From Candidatus Omnitrophota bacterium (GTDB taxonomy: Bacteria > Omnitrophota > Gorgyraeia > Duberdicusellales > 4484-171): a stretch of DNA of 64,000 bases. Position 1 is the stretch's first letter. Each line of letters starts with the position of its first letter. Under the pieces are notes generated by a model. The model worked only from the letters and a program-made list of their open reading frames with translations, had not been told where the DNA came from and searched no databases. Shown here in pieces: positions 42,239-52,194 of the stretch. The stretch covers positions 132,547 to 196,546 of the forward strand of contig PMCS01000029.1 in the NCBI GenBank assembly GCA_003154195.1, in the 5' to 3' direction. Both the position numbers and the translations under genes were made by a program.

Positions 42239-43386
42239 TTGCGGAAAAGATTAGAAAATTAGCGCCTTCGGGAATAAGGCAATTCTTTGACCTTGTCCTG
42301 GGGATGCCGGAAGTTATTTCTCTGGGCGTGGGCGAGCCGGATTTTATTACCCCCTGGCGTATCCGGGAAAAAGCGATTACCGCTTTGGAGGAAGGCTACA
42401 CCTCGTATACTTCCAACAAAGGTTTAACGGTATTGCGCCGGGGAATCTGCGCTCATTTGCAAAAAAAGTTTTTCCTTAAGTACAATCCGGAAGAGGAAAT
42501 TCTTATTACTGTAGGTGTAAGCGAAGGCCTGGATTTAGCCATGCGGGCAATCCTGGATCCGGGCGATAAAGTCATCGTACCGGCCCCTTATTATGTAGCC
42601 TATCCGGCCCTGGTCGAGATTGCCGGAGGAAAACCCCTGCTGTTAGAAACATCCGATCGGGAGGACTTCAAGATAAATATTGGTCATTTAGAAGAATTAG
42701 TAAAACAAAACCCCAAAGCGATTATTCTTAATTATCCTTCTAATCCTACCGGCACTACCTATACTAAAGCGGAGCTTAAAAAACTGTGCCGTGTCCTGGC
42801 AAAAAAAGAAATTATTATCATAACCGATGAAGCTTACGATGAGTTGACTTACCAGAACAACCATTTTCCCGTGGCGGCATTCGATAAAAAGATACGAAAC
42901 CGGACCATCATGCTTAACGGTTTTTCTAAGGGCTACGCGATGACCGGTTTCCGCGTGGCTTACGCCTGCGCCAATAAAAAAATTATTGAGGCGATGACTA
43001 AAATCCATTCTTTTTCCATGCTCTGCGGCCCGATTCTTTCCCAGGTCGCCGCGACCGAAGCATTGCGTTGCGCGCAAGAGGTGACGGAGATGAGGCAGGA
43101 ATATAAGCGGCGGCGTGATTTTATGTTTAAGGAGCTGAACCGTATCGGTCTTGCCTGCCATTTGCCTACGGGCGCGTTTTATTGTTTCCCTTCGATAAAA
43201 AAAAGCGGCCTTTCCAGCCTTGATTTTGCCCGGCGCCTTCTTTTCGAGGAAAAAGTTGCCGTGGTCCCCGGCACGGCCTTTGGCGAAAAATACGGCGATT
43301 TCGTGCGCATGTCCTACGCCACCAGTTTTGATAATTTGAAAGAAGCGATTATCCGGATGGAAAGGTTTATGAGTAAATTAGACTAG
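42235..43386 (+). CDS. PLP-dependent aminotransferase, class I (AspC family)
   Basis: NPTGT and SKGYAMTGFRVAY (PLP lysine) motifs. Confidence 0.85.
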   Translation: MIAEKIRKLAPSGIRQFFDLVLGMPEVISLGVGEPDFITPWRIREKAITALEEGYTSYTSNKGLTVLRRGICAHLQKKFFLKYNPEEEILITVGVSEGLDLAMRAILDPGDKVIVPAPYYVAYPALVEIAGGKPLLLETSDREDFKINIGHLEELVKQNPKAIILNYPSNPTGTTYTKAELKKLCRVLAKKEIIIITDEAYDELTYQNNHFPVAAFDKKIRNRTIMLNGFSKGYAMTGFRVAYACANKKIIEAMTKIHSFSMLCGPILSQVAATEALRCAQEVTEMRQEYKRRRDFMFKELNRIGLACHLPTGAFYCFPSIKKSGLSSLDFARRLLFEEKVAVVPGTAFGEKYGDFVRMSYATSFDNLKEAIIRMERFMSKLD

Positions 43387-43515
43387 AGACCTTAAATTTC
43401 ATTTTAAATTGTTCATTGGGCATTGACCATTTTAAATTTTAGAAAATGATAAATGTCCAATGATCAATGATAATTTTAAAATGAATTAATCATCGGTTTT
43501 CGGTCAAAGAAAATA

Positions 43516-43803
43516 ATGACGATAAAACATATAAAAATTGGTAAAAAAATGATCGAAGCTTTACTTATGCCGCTGGGGGCAAAAAACCTCATCGTTTTAC
43601 GCGGCCGCCGCGGATATGTGATGTGCGGTTATCTTAATCTTTCTGCGGCCAATAAATTCCACGACACAGCGGTAAAAATTACCGGAGTCGCCACTATTAA
43701 TGAAGCCCTGGCTGCGAAAGCCCATTCCTTAAGTTCCGCCGCCAGGAAATCAGGTATCTATAAAGGCCAGCCGGTGCGGGAAGTGTTGAAAATCATCGCC
43801 TGA
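43516..43803 (+). CDS. DUF1805 (YunC-like) family protein
   Basis: GYVMCGYLN...AVKITGVATINEAL pattern. Confidence 0.45.
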   Translation: MTIKHIKIGKKMIEALLMPLGAKNLIVLRGRRGYVMCGYLNLSAANKFHDTAVKITGVATINEALAAKAHSLSSAARKSGIYKGQPVREVLKIIA

Positions 43804-43870
43804 AAGAGAATGTAGGGGCGAAACTATCATTCGACTTCACTCAGGACAAGTTGTTTTCGCCCGTAACCAT

Positions 43871-46276
43871 ATGATTTTTATTATGGGAATATTATTTTTG
43901 TTATTTTTTTACGGAACGAAACATAGATTTTTCGGGCAGCTGCATAGAGCCGCCCCTACAATATTTGTTTTATTCGGTTACTTATTTCTATCCGGCTGCG
44001 CCACTCCCCCGGCCCAGCTTTCTTTAGGGCAGATCGAATCGGCTTACAACAATGCCGTTTCTTCCGGCGAGGCAAAACTCGCTAAAAACCCCGGCGATAC
44101 CGGCTTGCGCCTTAAACTGGGCGAATTCCACTACCAATTTAATAATTATGACAAGGTAAAAGTTTTATTGAGTGGCATAGACGATAAGCGCGCGAAAATA
44201 ATTTTAGCAAAAGCTTTAACCCATCTTAAGGAATATACCGCGGCCCTGGAAATTTTTGAGCAGTTCGGGGAATTAAAAGACGATGAATATCTGTATCTTT
44301 ACGCCGCCGCTCTCGAAGGCCAGAATCTATTTCCCAAAGCGACGCTTATTTATAACAAAACCGGCGGGATTTTTAAAGAAAAAGCCCGGGAGCGCATAAA
44401 ACAGATCGGGCTTACGGTTGAAGAAGGGATTCCCCCGGATATAAAAAACACCTTGCGCAAATACGCCGATTTTATCTCCGCCATCGATAAAGAAGAAGCG
44501 GTGATTTTGCGTTCCGATGAAACGATGGAGATATTCGACAACAATACCTCGGTTTCCGAAATCCATCTGGCGCAGCAAGTGCTTAAAGAAAAAGGCAAGG
44601 ACCTGGCGGAGGTAGAGATCGGCTATGATTCTACCGATGAGCGCGTGGAGCTGGAATTTGCCCGCACTATTACGGCTGACGGTAAAATCGTTTACGCCGG
44701 CAGGGAAAATACGCGCGATGTCAGCAAATACATGAATTTTCCGCTTTACAGCAACGCCCGGGCGTTTATTATTTCCATGCCCTCGGTAGATATCGGCGCG
44801 GTTATCGAATATAAAGTAAAAGTTTATTCCTCAAAGCTTATCACCGGCGATAAATTTTCTTTTATCTACCGCTTGCGTGAACAATATCCGGTAGTTTCGG
44901 CCGATTTTCAATTAATTACTCCCGCGGCGCGCAAAATCAATTTTAAATTTTTAAACCGGGAATACGCGGGCAATTTTAACCTGAACCCTTTAATCCAGGA
45001 AAAAAACCATAAGAAAATATACCGCTGGTCTTTCGAAAAAATTGACCCGATTATTCCCGAGGAGAATATGCCGCCGGTCTGCGACGTCAACGCGGCGTTC
45101 GCCGTTTCTTCCTTCAAAACATGGGACCAGCTTTATCAATGGTGGTACCCTTTGTTCAAAGATAAAATAAATCTCAACAAGGAAATAAAAGCGTTTGTCA
45201 AAACGCTTACCCGGGATGCCGCCGGGCCCCTGGAGAAGGCGCGTAAAATTTATGAATTTTGCAGCCGCCAGGTCCGTTACGTGGGTATCGAGTACGGCCA
45301 GAGCGGTTATGAACCGCATCGTGCCGACGATATTTTTCTCAACCGTTACGGCGACTGTAAGGATAAGGCGACTCTTTTAGTGGCGATGTTAAGAGAAGCG
45401 GGATTAACCGCTTACCCGGTTTTAATCCCCACGCGTGGCCTTTACCCGATTGCGGAAGATTTTCCCCAGGTTAATTTTAATCACGCGATTGCCGTTCTTT
45501 TTTACGAAGGAAAATATATCTTTATGGACGGGACGGCGATGACCACTTCTTTTGGGGACCTACCCTTAGGTGACCAGGATAGGAAAGTCGTGGTTATCCA
45601 GGACGATACTTATAAAATCGTTACCACCCCCTTACTGGCTGATAACGAGCTTAATTTCAAGATGCGGGTAACGATTGATGAAAATGAGGATGCCCGCGTT
45701 GAAAGAGAAGTGCGTTCCCGGGGGTTTTTTTCCAGCAGCCGGCGGTATTATTTAAAATACACTCACCCTCAGGTGATCGAGGACGATATACGCGCGAAAA
45801 TGACGCAAATCAGCCCCTTTTCCAAATTGCTGTATTATAAAATAGAGAACGTCGACGATTTTACCAAAGAACCTCTTTTGCGGTATACCTTCGACGCGAA
45901 AAAGCTGCTTAACCCAGCGGATAACTTGCGCGTATTATCGATTCTGGGCGATATCGATATCGACGTCACTTACGCGGCTAAAGACCAGCGCCAATTTGCC
46001 GTAGAATTTGATGGTATTTTTAAGGAAATCGCGCAAGTAAGGGTGAATTTACCGGTTAATTTGAAAGTTAAATTTTTGCCGCACGACAAAAATATTACCA
46101 ACAACTGGTTTGTTTTTAAATCTCGCTACCGCAAAAACGAAGAACATCTGGAATTAACCAGAGAATTTTCGATAAGAAAAAGGATTGTGGAAAAGAAAGA
46201 TTACCATGAATTTAAAAAACAGATGGAAGAGGCGTTTTATTTCCTGAAAGAAGAGATTATCTTAGAGAAAATATGA
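43871..46276 (+). CDS. transglutaminase-like cysteine protease domain protein (DUF3857-type N-terminus), secreted/lipoprotein
   Basis: RYGDCKDKATLLVAMLREAGL catalytic Cys segment; N-terminal hydrophobic leader with Cys. Confidence 0.7.
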   Translation: MIFIMGILFLLFFYGTKHRFFGQLHRAAPTIFVLFGYLFLSGCATPPAQLSLGQIESAYNNAVSSGEAKLAKNPGDTGLRLKLGEFHYQFNNYDKVKVLLSGIDDKRAKIILAKALTHLKEYTAALEIFEQFGELKDDEYLYLYAAALEGQNLFPKATLIYNKTGGIFKEKARERIKQIGLTVEEGIPPDIKNTLRKYADFISAIDKEEAVILRSDETMEIFDNNTSVSEIHLAQQVLKEKGKDLAEVEIGYDSTDERVELEFARTITADGKIVYAGRENTRDVSKYMNFPLYSNARAFIISMPSVDIGAVIEYKVKVYSSKLITGDKFSFIYRLREQYPVVSADFQLITPAARKINFKFLNREYAGNFNLNPLIQEKNHKKIYRWSFEKIDPIIPEENMPPVCDVNAAFAVSSFKTWDQLYQWWYPLFKDKINLNKEIKAFVKTLTRDAAGPLEKARKIYEFCSRQVRYVGIEYGQSGYEPHRADDIFLNRYGDCKDKATLLVAMLREAGLTAYPVLIPTRGLYPIAEDFPQVNFNHAIAVLFYEGKYIFMDGTAMTTSFGDLPLGDQDRKVVVIQDDTYKIVTTPLLADNELNFKMRVTIDENEDARVEREVRSRGFFSSSRRYYLKYTHPQVIEDDIRAKMTQISPFSKLLYYKIENVDDFTKEPLLRYTFDAKKLLNPADNLRVLSILGDIDIDVTYAAKDQRQFAVEFDGIFKEIAQVRVNLPVNLKVKFLPHDKNITNNWFVFKSRYRKNEEHLELTREFSIRKRIVEKKDYHEFKKQMEEAFYFLKEEIILEKI

Positions 46277-46635
46277 AAAAAAAGAAAAAGGACCTGGAAA
46301 TATCGTTTTATGAAGGTTTGATCAAAGAACGCCCCGAATTCGTTCCGGCGCTGCATTCGCTGGGCGATGCCTACACGCGCCGGGGTTTTTATCAGGAGGG
46401 CTTGGAGGTCGATAAAAAATTAGTCCGCCTGCGGCCGGACGATCCGGTGGTGCATTATAATCTCGCCTGTAGTTTTTCTCTCACCGGAGAAATAGACCAG
46501 TCACTCGCTGAGTTAAAGAAAGCGGCGCTTTTGGGTTACGATGATTTCAGGTATATCTTAAAAGATTCCGATTTAGCCAACGTGCGCAAGCACCCGCAAT
46601 TCAGCGAGTTTTTCGCAAAACTTAAAAAAACATAA
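46273..46635 (+). CDS. TPR repeat protein
   Basis: ALHSLGDAYTRRGFYQEGLEV / HYNLACSFSLTGE TPR-like helices; start overlaps upstream stop. Confidence 0.5.
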   Translation: MKKKKKDLEISFYEGLIKERPEFVPALHSLGDAYTRRGFYQEGLEVDKKLVRLRPDDPVVHYNLACSFSLTGEIDQSLAELKKAALLGYDDFRYILKDSDLANVRKHPQFSEFFAKLKKT

Positions 46636-46640
46636 AGCCG

Positions 46641-48710
46641 ATGACACAGGATAATCGCCGAAAATATATACGAATATCCACGGTACTGCCGGTGGAGTTT
46701 TATATTTTAGATTCTAACGGCAAACAGGTTACGCCCTGGCTGCAGGGTTTCAGCCGCGACCTGAGTCGGAGCGGCATGGGCTTGATTGCCAATGACCTCT
46801 GGAGCGGTTTTGTCCCGAGGGTGAACTTTAAAGGCGCGCCGCTTAATTTAAAAATCAACCTTCCTTTTAAAAACAACTCCATTCCGATGTGCGCCCAGGT
46901 TGTCTGGTTCAGCCAAAAAAATGTCGATGATTTTACCCAATATTTCTTAGGTTTAGAATTTACCGGCCCGGACCGAATCGCGGCGGGTACAATTTTTCAA
47001 TACGCGCTTTTTAAGCAGCGCCTTCCCTGGGCGATTGGCGCGCTGATGGTGATTTTATCCGCTGCTTCCTTATCTTTTTTCTGGAAATCGGAAATCGCCG
47101 CCCGGGAAAATAAAAGGCTGGTCAGTGAGTATGTCGATATCGCCGATAAATCCGCGTCCCTGGCGAAAGTTTTAGGCAAGGAAAAAAATACGGCGCTTCT
47201 TTTCCAGAAAAGGCAGAAAGAGCTCGCCGAAGAAATATCTTTCCTTCAGAATGATTTAGCCGATTGGCAGAAAAAATACGATTCGCTTTTTCAGGAACAC
47301 CTCAAGGTTCAAAATGATCTTCAGCAAAATACTCAGGCATCGCGGCGCGAAGAAGACGGCCGGCAGAAAAACTTAGCGGAACAGAAGCTTTTGTTCCAGG
47401 CCCAGGGATTGATGAAAGAAAAAATCACTCGGCTCGGCGATGAGCTGGCGGCGGCGAAACGGGAAAATACATTTCTTAAAATTAAAGAACAGGAAATCAT
47501 TGCCCAGGCCGACGGCACGCGTAAGGCGGCCGCGGAACTCGCGGCCGACAAAACCCGATTTTCCCGGAAGGTCATCGAAGGGATGTACGCCTGGATTAAA
47601 AACCGGCAAGACCTTAAAACCGGCCTGGTTTTAAGTTATGAAGGCGACGCCGACCTCGACCAGATGTGTTTCACTTATGACCAGGCCCTGGCGGCGATTT
47701 TATTTATTGAACAGGGCGATACGGCCGCCGCCGATAAAATTTTAAGTTTTTATCTAAAAACAATAAAATCCGGAGAAGATATTTTTAACGCCTATTACAC
47801 TCAAGGGTCGGCCGCGGAATACGTCGTCCATTGCGGCCCTAACGCGTGGCTCGGCTTAGCGGTTTTAACTTATATCAAGAAAACAGGAGACGATAAATAT
47901 TTACCCATTGCCGCAAAGGTGAGCGAATTTCTTTTGAGGATGATGGATTCCGACGGAGGGCTAAAAGGTGGGCCTAAAGAATCGTGGTATTCCACGGAGC
48001 ATAATCTCGACGCCTGCGCTTTTTTTAATTTATTTTATGAGTTAAAAAAAGAGCCGCGCTATAAAACCGCCGCGCAAAAAATAAAAGGATGGATTAATAA
48101 ATATTCTTATACCCAGCACGGCCCTCCCATAAAAAGAGGCAAGGGGGATGCCACCATTGCTACCGATACTTATGCCTGGTCCGTGGCGGCATTTTATCCT
48201 CAGGAGCTTTTGGAGATGAAAATGAATCCCGACGCGATTCTTGATTTTGCCGTGGACAATTGCGAAGTCGAGGTAAAATTTCTTCGTCCCGATCAGGAAG
48301 AAATCGCGGTTAAGGGTTTTGATTTCGCTAAAGTCAGAAATACCGCCCGGGGCGGCGTTGTTTCCGGCGAATGGACGGCGCAAATGATTTTATCGTTCGA
48401 GATTATGGCTGATTTTTATAAAGATAAAGACCGGGTAAAATATAATGATTATCTGCAAAAAGCTTTGCTGTCTTTCAATGAACTCGCAAAGATGGTTATT
48501 ACTTCACCTTCCCGGCCCGGCAAGGTCGACCCCTGCCTTCCTTACGCTTCAAGGCCGTCTGCCGATACCGGCCACGGCTGGCGGACGCCCAAAGGCAACA
48601 GTACCGGTTCTTTATCGTCGACGGCATATTTTATTTTTGCTTATCGCGGCTATAACCCTTTAAAAGCGCAAAAATTAAGCCTATCGCTTGAAGATACAAA
48701 AACGGAATAA
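46641..48710 (+). CDS. PilZ-domain membrane protein with coiled coil and C-terminal alpha/alpha-toroid-like domain
   Basis: N-terminal RRKYIR (RxxxR) and DLSRSGMG (DxSxxG) c-di-GMP-binding motifs; TM segment; heptad-rich region; C-terminal helical-repeat domain of uncertain family. Confidence 0.55.
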   Translation: MTQDNRRKYIRISTVLPVEFYILDSNGKQVTPWLQGFSRDLSRSGMGLIANDLWSGFVPRVNFKGAPLNLKINLPFKNNSIPMCAQVVWFSQKNVDDFTQYFLGLEFTGPDRIAAGTIFQYALFKQRLPWAIGALMVILSAASLSFFWKSEIAARENKRLVSEYVDIADKSASLAKVLGKEKNTALLFQKRQKELAEEISFLQNDLADWQKKYDSLFQEHLKVQNDLQQNTQASRREEDGRQKNLAEQKLLFQAQGLMKEKITRLGDELAAAKRENTFLKIKEQEIIAQADGTRKAAAELAADKTRFSRKVIEGMYAWIKNRQDLKTGLVLSYEGDADLDQMCFTYDQALAAILFIEQGDTAAADKILSFYLKTIKSGEDIFNAYYTQGSAAEYVVHCGPNAWLGLAVLTYIKKTGDDKYLPIAAKVSEFLLRMMDSDGGLKGGPKESWYSTEHNLDACAFFNLFYELKKEPRYKTAAQKIKGWINKYSYTQHGPPIKRGKGDATIATDTYAWSVAAFYPQELLEMKMNPDAILDFAVDNCEVEVKFLRPDQEEIAVKGFDFAKVRNTARGGVVSGEWTAQMILSFEIMADFYKDKDRVKYNDYLQKALLSFNELAKMVITSPSRPGKVDPCLPYASRPSADTGHGWRTPKGNSTGSLSSTAYFIFAYRGYNPLKAQKLSLSLEDTKTE

Positions 48711-48952
48711 GAAATAATTTGTTAAAAACAAAACTCTTGTCCACAGATTACGCTAATTTAATCTGTGCTTTTGATTTTTTGTCCTATCGTAATTTATATT
48801 TTCAGTGTGATTGGTGTAATCTAGTGGTTAAAATTTATTTATATTGATTTTGAACAGAATCTCAAGGCTAAAAATAAAAACTGTAACCACATGATTACAC
48901 GAGATTTCACTGATTAATTGATACAATCTGAGCAATCTGTGGACTATATTGT

Positions 48953-50137
48953 TTGGAAAAAATGGACGGTCAACTAACCAAACTATTACAGGATTTGATA
49001 AGGATTGATTCCCAGAATCCGCCCGGCAACGAAACCGCTATCATCGCTTTTATCAAAAATTACCTTAAAACCCTGGGCCTCGATTGCCGAATTTATGAAT
49101 TCCAAAAAGGCCGGCCCAACCTGGTATGCTGTTTAAAGTCAAAAAACTCCCGCCGGAAACTTTTATTTACGCCCCACATCGACACGGTTCCCGCGACGGG
49201 TCAGTGGCGTTATCCGCCGCTGGCAGGAACGGTTTCCCGGGGCAGGATTTATGGCCGGGGCGCGACCGATTGCAAAAGCAATGCCGCCGTAGCCCTTTAT
49301 TTGATAAAACAATTGAAAGAAAAGAATACGCGGCTGGATAACCTTGATTTAGTTTTCGCTTTTTGCGCTGACGAAGAGACCGGCAGCCATTACGGCACGA
49401 TACCGCTGATGAAAAAATTGCGGGATATCGATTACGGGGTTGTTCTCGATGCCGACGAATTCGATATTGTCATCGCGCAAAAAGGGTTGTTGCACCTGCG
49501 CGTTGAGCTCCGGGGGAAGGAAGCTCACGGCGCTTACCCGGAGCGCGGGGTCAATGCCGTGGAAAAAGGCGTACGTATTTTAAACGAAATTCTGGCGAAA
49601 AAATTTACCCCGTTAGAGAAAAATACTGCTAAAGAACATAATTCTCTAACGGGGTTTATCTATAAACCGCATCCCATTTTGATTAAGCCTACTTTAAACG
49701 TGGGAAGGTTTTGCGGCGGGGACAAGGTAAATATCGTGGCCGGTTACGCTTTTTTCGAATTAGATATCCGCTGGCTCCCTTCGATGGACCGAGACAAGAT
49801 AATCCGGGGCATCGAGTCGATCATAAAAAAACAGAAAATACCTTATAAAATAAAAATTTTATCGGCTCAGCCGCCGGCGGAAGTAAATAGAGATAATATT
49901 GCCCTGAAAGTTTTGGCCGCTACGCTTGCCGCGCACGGGATCAAGCCTCAACTCAAAGCCAGTTTCGGAGCGACGGTGATTAATTTTGTTCAAGCCGCCG
50001 GCGCCGCCGCCTTTGCCTTCGGTTTCGGCACCAAAAACTGCGCCCATACTAAAAATGAGTATGTGGAAATAAAGAATCTGCAGAAAGGTGTAGATATTCT
50101 GGAAGATTACGTAAGGCGGTTAGATGAAAAAGTTTAA
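48953..50137 (+). CDS. M20 family metallopeptidase (ArgE/DapE-like)
   Basis: HIDTVP...GRGATDCK...EETG metal-ligand motifs. Confidence 0.8.
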   Translation: MEKMDGQLTKLLQDLIRIDSQNPPGNETAIIAFIKNYLKTLGLDCRIYEFQKGRPNLVCCLKSKNSRRKLLFTPHIDTVPATGQWRYPPLAGTVSRGRIYGRGATDCKSNAAVALYLIKQLKEKNTRLDNLDLVFAFCADEETGSHYGTIPLMKKLRDIDYGVVLDADEFDIVIAQKGLLHLRVELRGKEAHGAYPERGVNAVEKGVRILNEILAKKFTPLEKNTAKEHNSLTGFIYKPHPILIKPTLNVGRFCGGDKVNIVAGYAFFELDIRWLPSMDRDKIIRGIESIIKKQKIPYKIKILSAQPPAEVNRDNIALKVLAATLAAHGIKPQLKASFGATVINFVQAAGAAAFAFGFGTKNCAHTKNEYVEIKNLQKGVDILEDYVRRLDEKV

Positions 50138-50294
50138 AGTTTGGGCAATAGGCAATGATGGTATAATATAAGATATTTTTACCACAGAGGGCACAGAGAA
50201 TACAGAGGAAAATATTTAAAAGTAATATTTTGCTTTTACTCTGTGCGCTCCGTGTTCTCTGTGGTGAGATTTTTTTCTAGCTGTGGAGCGTCTG

Positions 50295-51110
50295 ATGAAA
50301 TTGCTAAACGCCAGAGTCAAGAAAATAGAAAAAATAAAACATGACGTCTTTCTCCTATCGTTTCATTGCCCTGCGATAGCAAAAATCGCCCAGCCGGGGC
50401 AATTCCTGCATATTAAAGTCCGGGGGCCGACGATTCTGCGCCGGCCTTTAAGTATCCACTCGGTGAAGGGAAACGATATTTACCTCCTGTTTCGTGTCCG
50501 TGGCAGAGGCACCCTCGCTCTTTCGCGCTATAAAAGCGGTGATGAATTAGATATTCTTGGCCCTCTCGGCCAAGGGTTCACTATTCGTCCCACGGCCCAC
50601 GGCCCACGGCCCACGGCAAGTATTTTAGTCGCCGGAGGGATGGGGGCGGCTCCGCTTGTTTTTTTAGCTGTTCAGCTAAAAAAACAGTCCATGGTCCACG
50701 GTCCACGGTCCACAGGAAAAAAACCGAAAAACATAGTTTTGCTGGGGGCGAAGACAAAAAGCGAGTTGTTGTGCGAGAAAGAGTTTAAAAAGCTGGGGTT
50801 TGAGGTAAAAATCGCCACCGAAGACGGTTCTCTCGGCACCCAAGGTACAGTTGTTGATGTTCTTAACAATTATCTTTCTACTTTCTACTCGCTACTCTCT
50901 ACTTTCGTATACGCTTGTGGCCCCAACGCGATGTTGTTCGAAATCAGCAAAATTCTGGAAAAACACCCCCAAACCACCGGTCAAGTTTCGTTTGAGCAAT
51001 TTATGGGCTGCGGCATCGGCATCTGCTGCGGCTGTACGATTAACACCAAAAACGGTTTCAAAAAAGCCTGCAAAGACGGTCCGGTGTTTGATATTAGAGA
51101 TGTTTGGTAA
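50295..51110 (+). CDS. pyrK: dihydroorotate dehydrogenase electron-transfer subunit-like FAD/NAD(P)-binding protein with C-terminal 2Fe-2S cysteines
   Basis: RPLSI FAD-binding, GGMGAAPL NAD-binding, CGIGICCGC cluster motif; contains two in-frame CCACGG heptamer tandem tracts. Confidence 0.7.
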   Translation: MKLLNARVKKIEKIKHDVFLLSFHCPAIAKIAQPGQFLHIKVRGPTILRRPLSIHSVKGNDIYLLFRVRGRGTLALSRYKSGDELDILGPLGQGFTIRPTAHGPRPTASILVAGGMGAAPLVFLAVQLKKQSMVHGPRSTGKKPKNIVLLGAKTKSELLCEKEFKKLGFEVKIATEDGSLGTQGTVVDVLNNYLSTFYSLLSTFVYACGPNAMLFEISKILEKHPQTTGQVSFEQFMGCGIGICCGCTINTKNGFKKACKDGPVFDIRDVW

Positions 51111-51190
51111 GTTACCAAATGATTTTACTTTTTATTTGACAAATAAATTGACTTATGGTATATATTAAATAGGAGGCAAAAGCAGAGATT

Positions 51191-51472
51191 ATGATTACTG
51201 TCCAACAAAATACCACATTGATTGGCGTGTCGGAATTACGCACCAAGATGGAGCAATTATTAAAAAAACTGCCGGGGACAAAGGTAGTCATCGAAAAACG
51301 GCATAAACCCATAGCTATTCTTATGTCTAATGAAGAATACGAAAAGACTGAACAGCTTTTAGAAATGGCCGAAGATATTGTCCTGGGCTATTTGGCCAAA
51401 TCCCGCTACGAGAATACCAAGGAAAAAGAATACATAGATATCGAAGAAGTCCTGAAGAAATTGGGACATTAA
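51191..51472 (+). CDS. Phd/YefM family antitoxin
   Basis: 93 aa; Phd/YefM fold pattern; immediately upstream of RelE-like gene. Confidence 0.7.
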   Translation: MITVQQNTTLIGVSELRTKMEQLLKKLPGTKVVIEKRHKPIAILMSNEEYEKTEQLLEMAEDIVLGYLAKSRYENTKEKEYIDIEEVLKKLGH

Positions 51473-51477
51473 CCCCG

Positions 51478-51780
51478 ATGTGGCAGGTAAAAATACACTC
51501 CCTTGTTTTAGAAGAAGATTTTAGAAAAATCAACCACCACGATCAAGCCCTCATTTTAAAGACTATTTACAAAAAATTAAGCTTATCGCCCCAGGAATAC
51601 GGCGAAAAATTAAAATATGGCTTAAAAGGCTACTGGAAATTGAAAATATCCCATTATCGGGTGATTTATCGAATAGAAAACGATAAAATTTTGGTTTTAG
51701 TCCTTAAAATAGACCTGCGCCGCGACCAAGAAGTTTACCGGGAAATGCTGAGCCACCTGAATAGACCGCAGTCAATATAG
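51478..51780 (+). CDS. RelE/ParE family toxin
   Basis: LKGYWKLKISHYRVIYRIENDKILVLVLKI matches the RelE/StbE core. Confidence 0.75.
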   Translation: MWQVKIHSLVLEEDFRKINHHDQALILKTIYKKLSLSPQEYGEKLKYGLKGYWKLKISHYRVIYRIENDKILVLVLKIDLRRDQEVYREMLSHLNRPQSI

Positions 51781-52194
51781 CTTGGACATTAATATTCCTA
51801 AAACAATATATTATAATAAGTTACAGAAGTTATGGTAAATATTGTAGGGGCGGTATTTCTTCGCCCAGATCAAGTTATCGGGTGCAAAAACCACGCTCCT
51901 TCCCCGCAATTTTATCCATTTTTTATCTTTTTAAATTTCATCGGGATTAGCCGCAAAAATGTTTTGTCCCCCAGATTATACCTTTTTTGTTCAATTCCCC
52001 TAATTTTTTACAATATTATCGGAAAAACGCCAGGAAAACGTTCCCCGATTTGTAAACGCTTGCGGTAGAGGAGTCAAACAGCCTTGTAACTACCTCTTAT
52101 ATAATGTTATGCTTAATTGTAAGGTATTCTTAGGTAAGTGAATTGCACAAAGTATGTAGGTAAGAAACAGACCAATAGTTGAGGGGATACAGCG

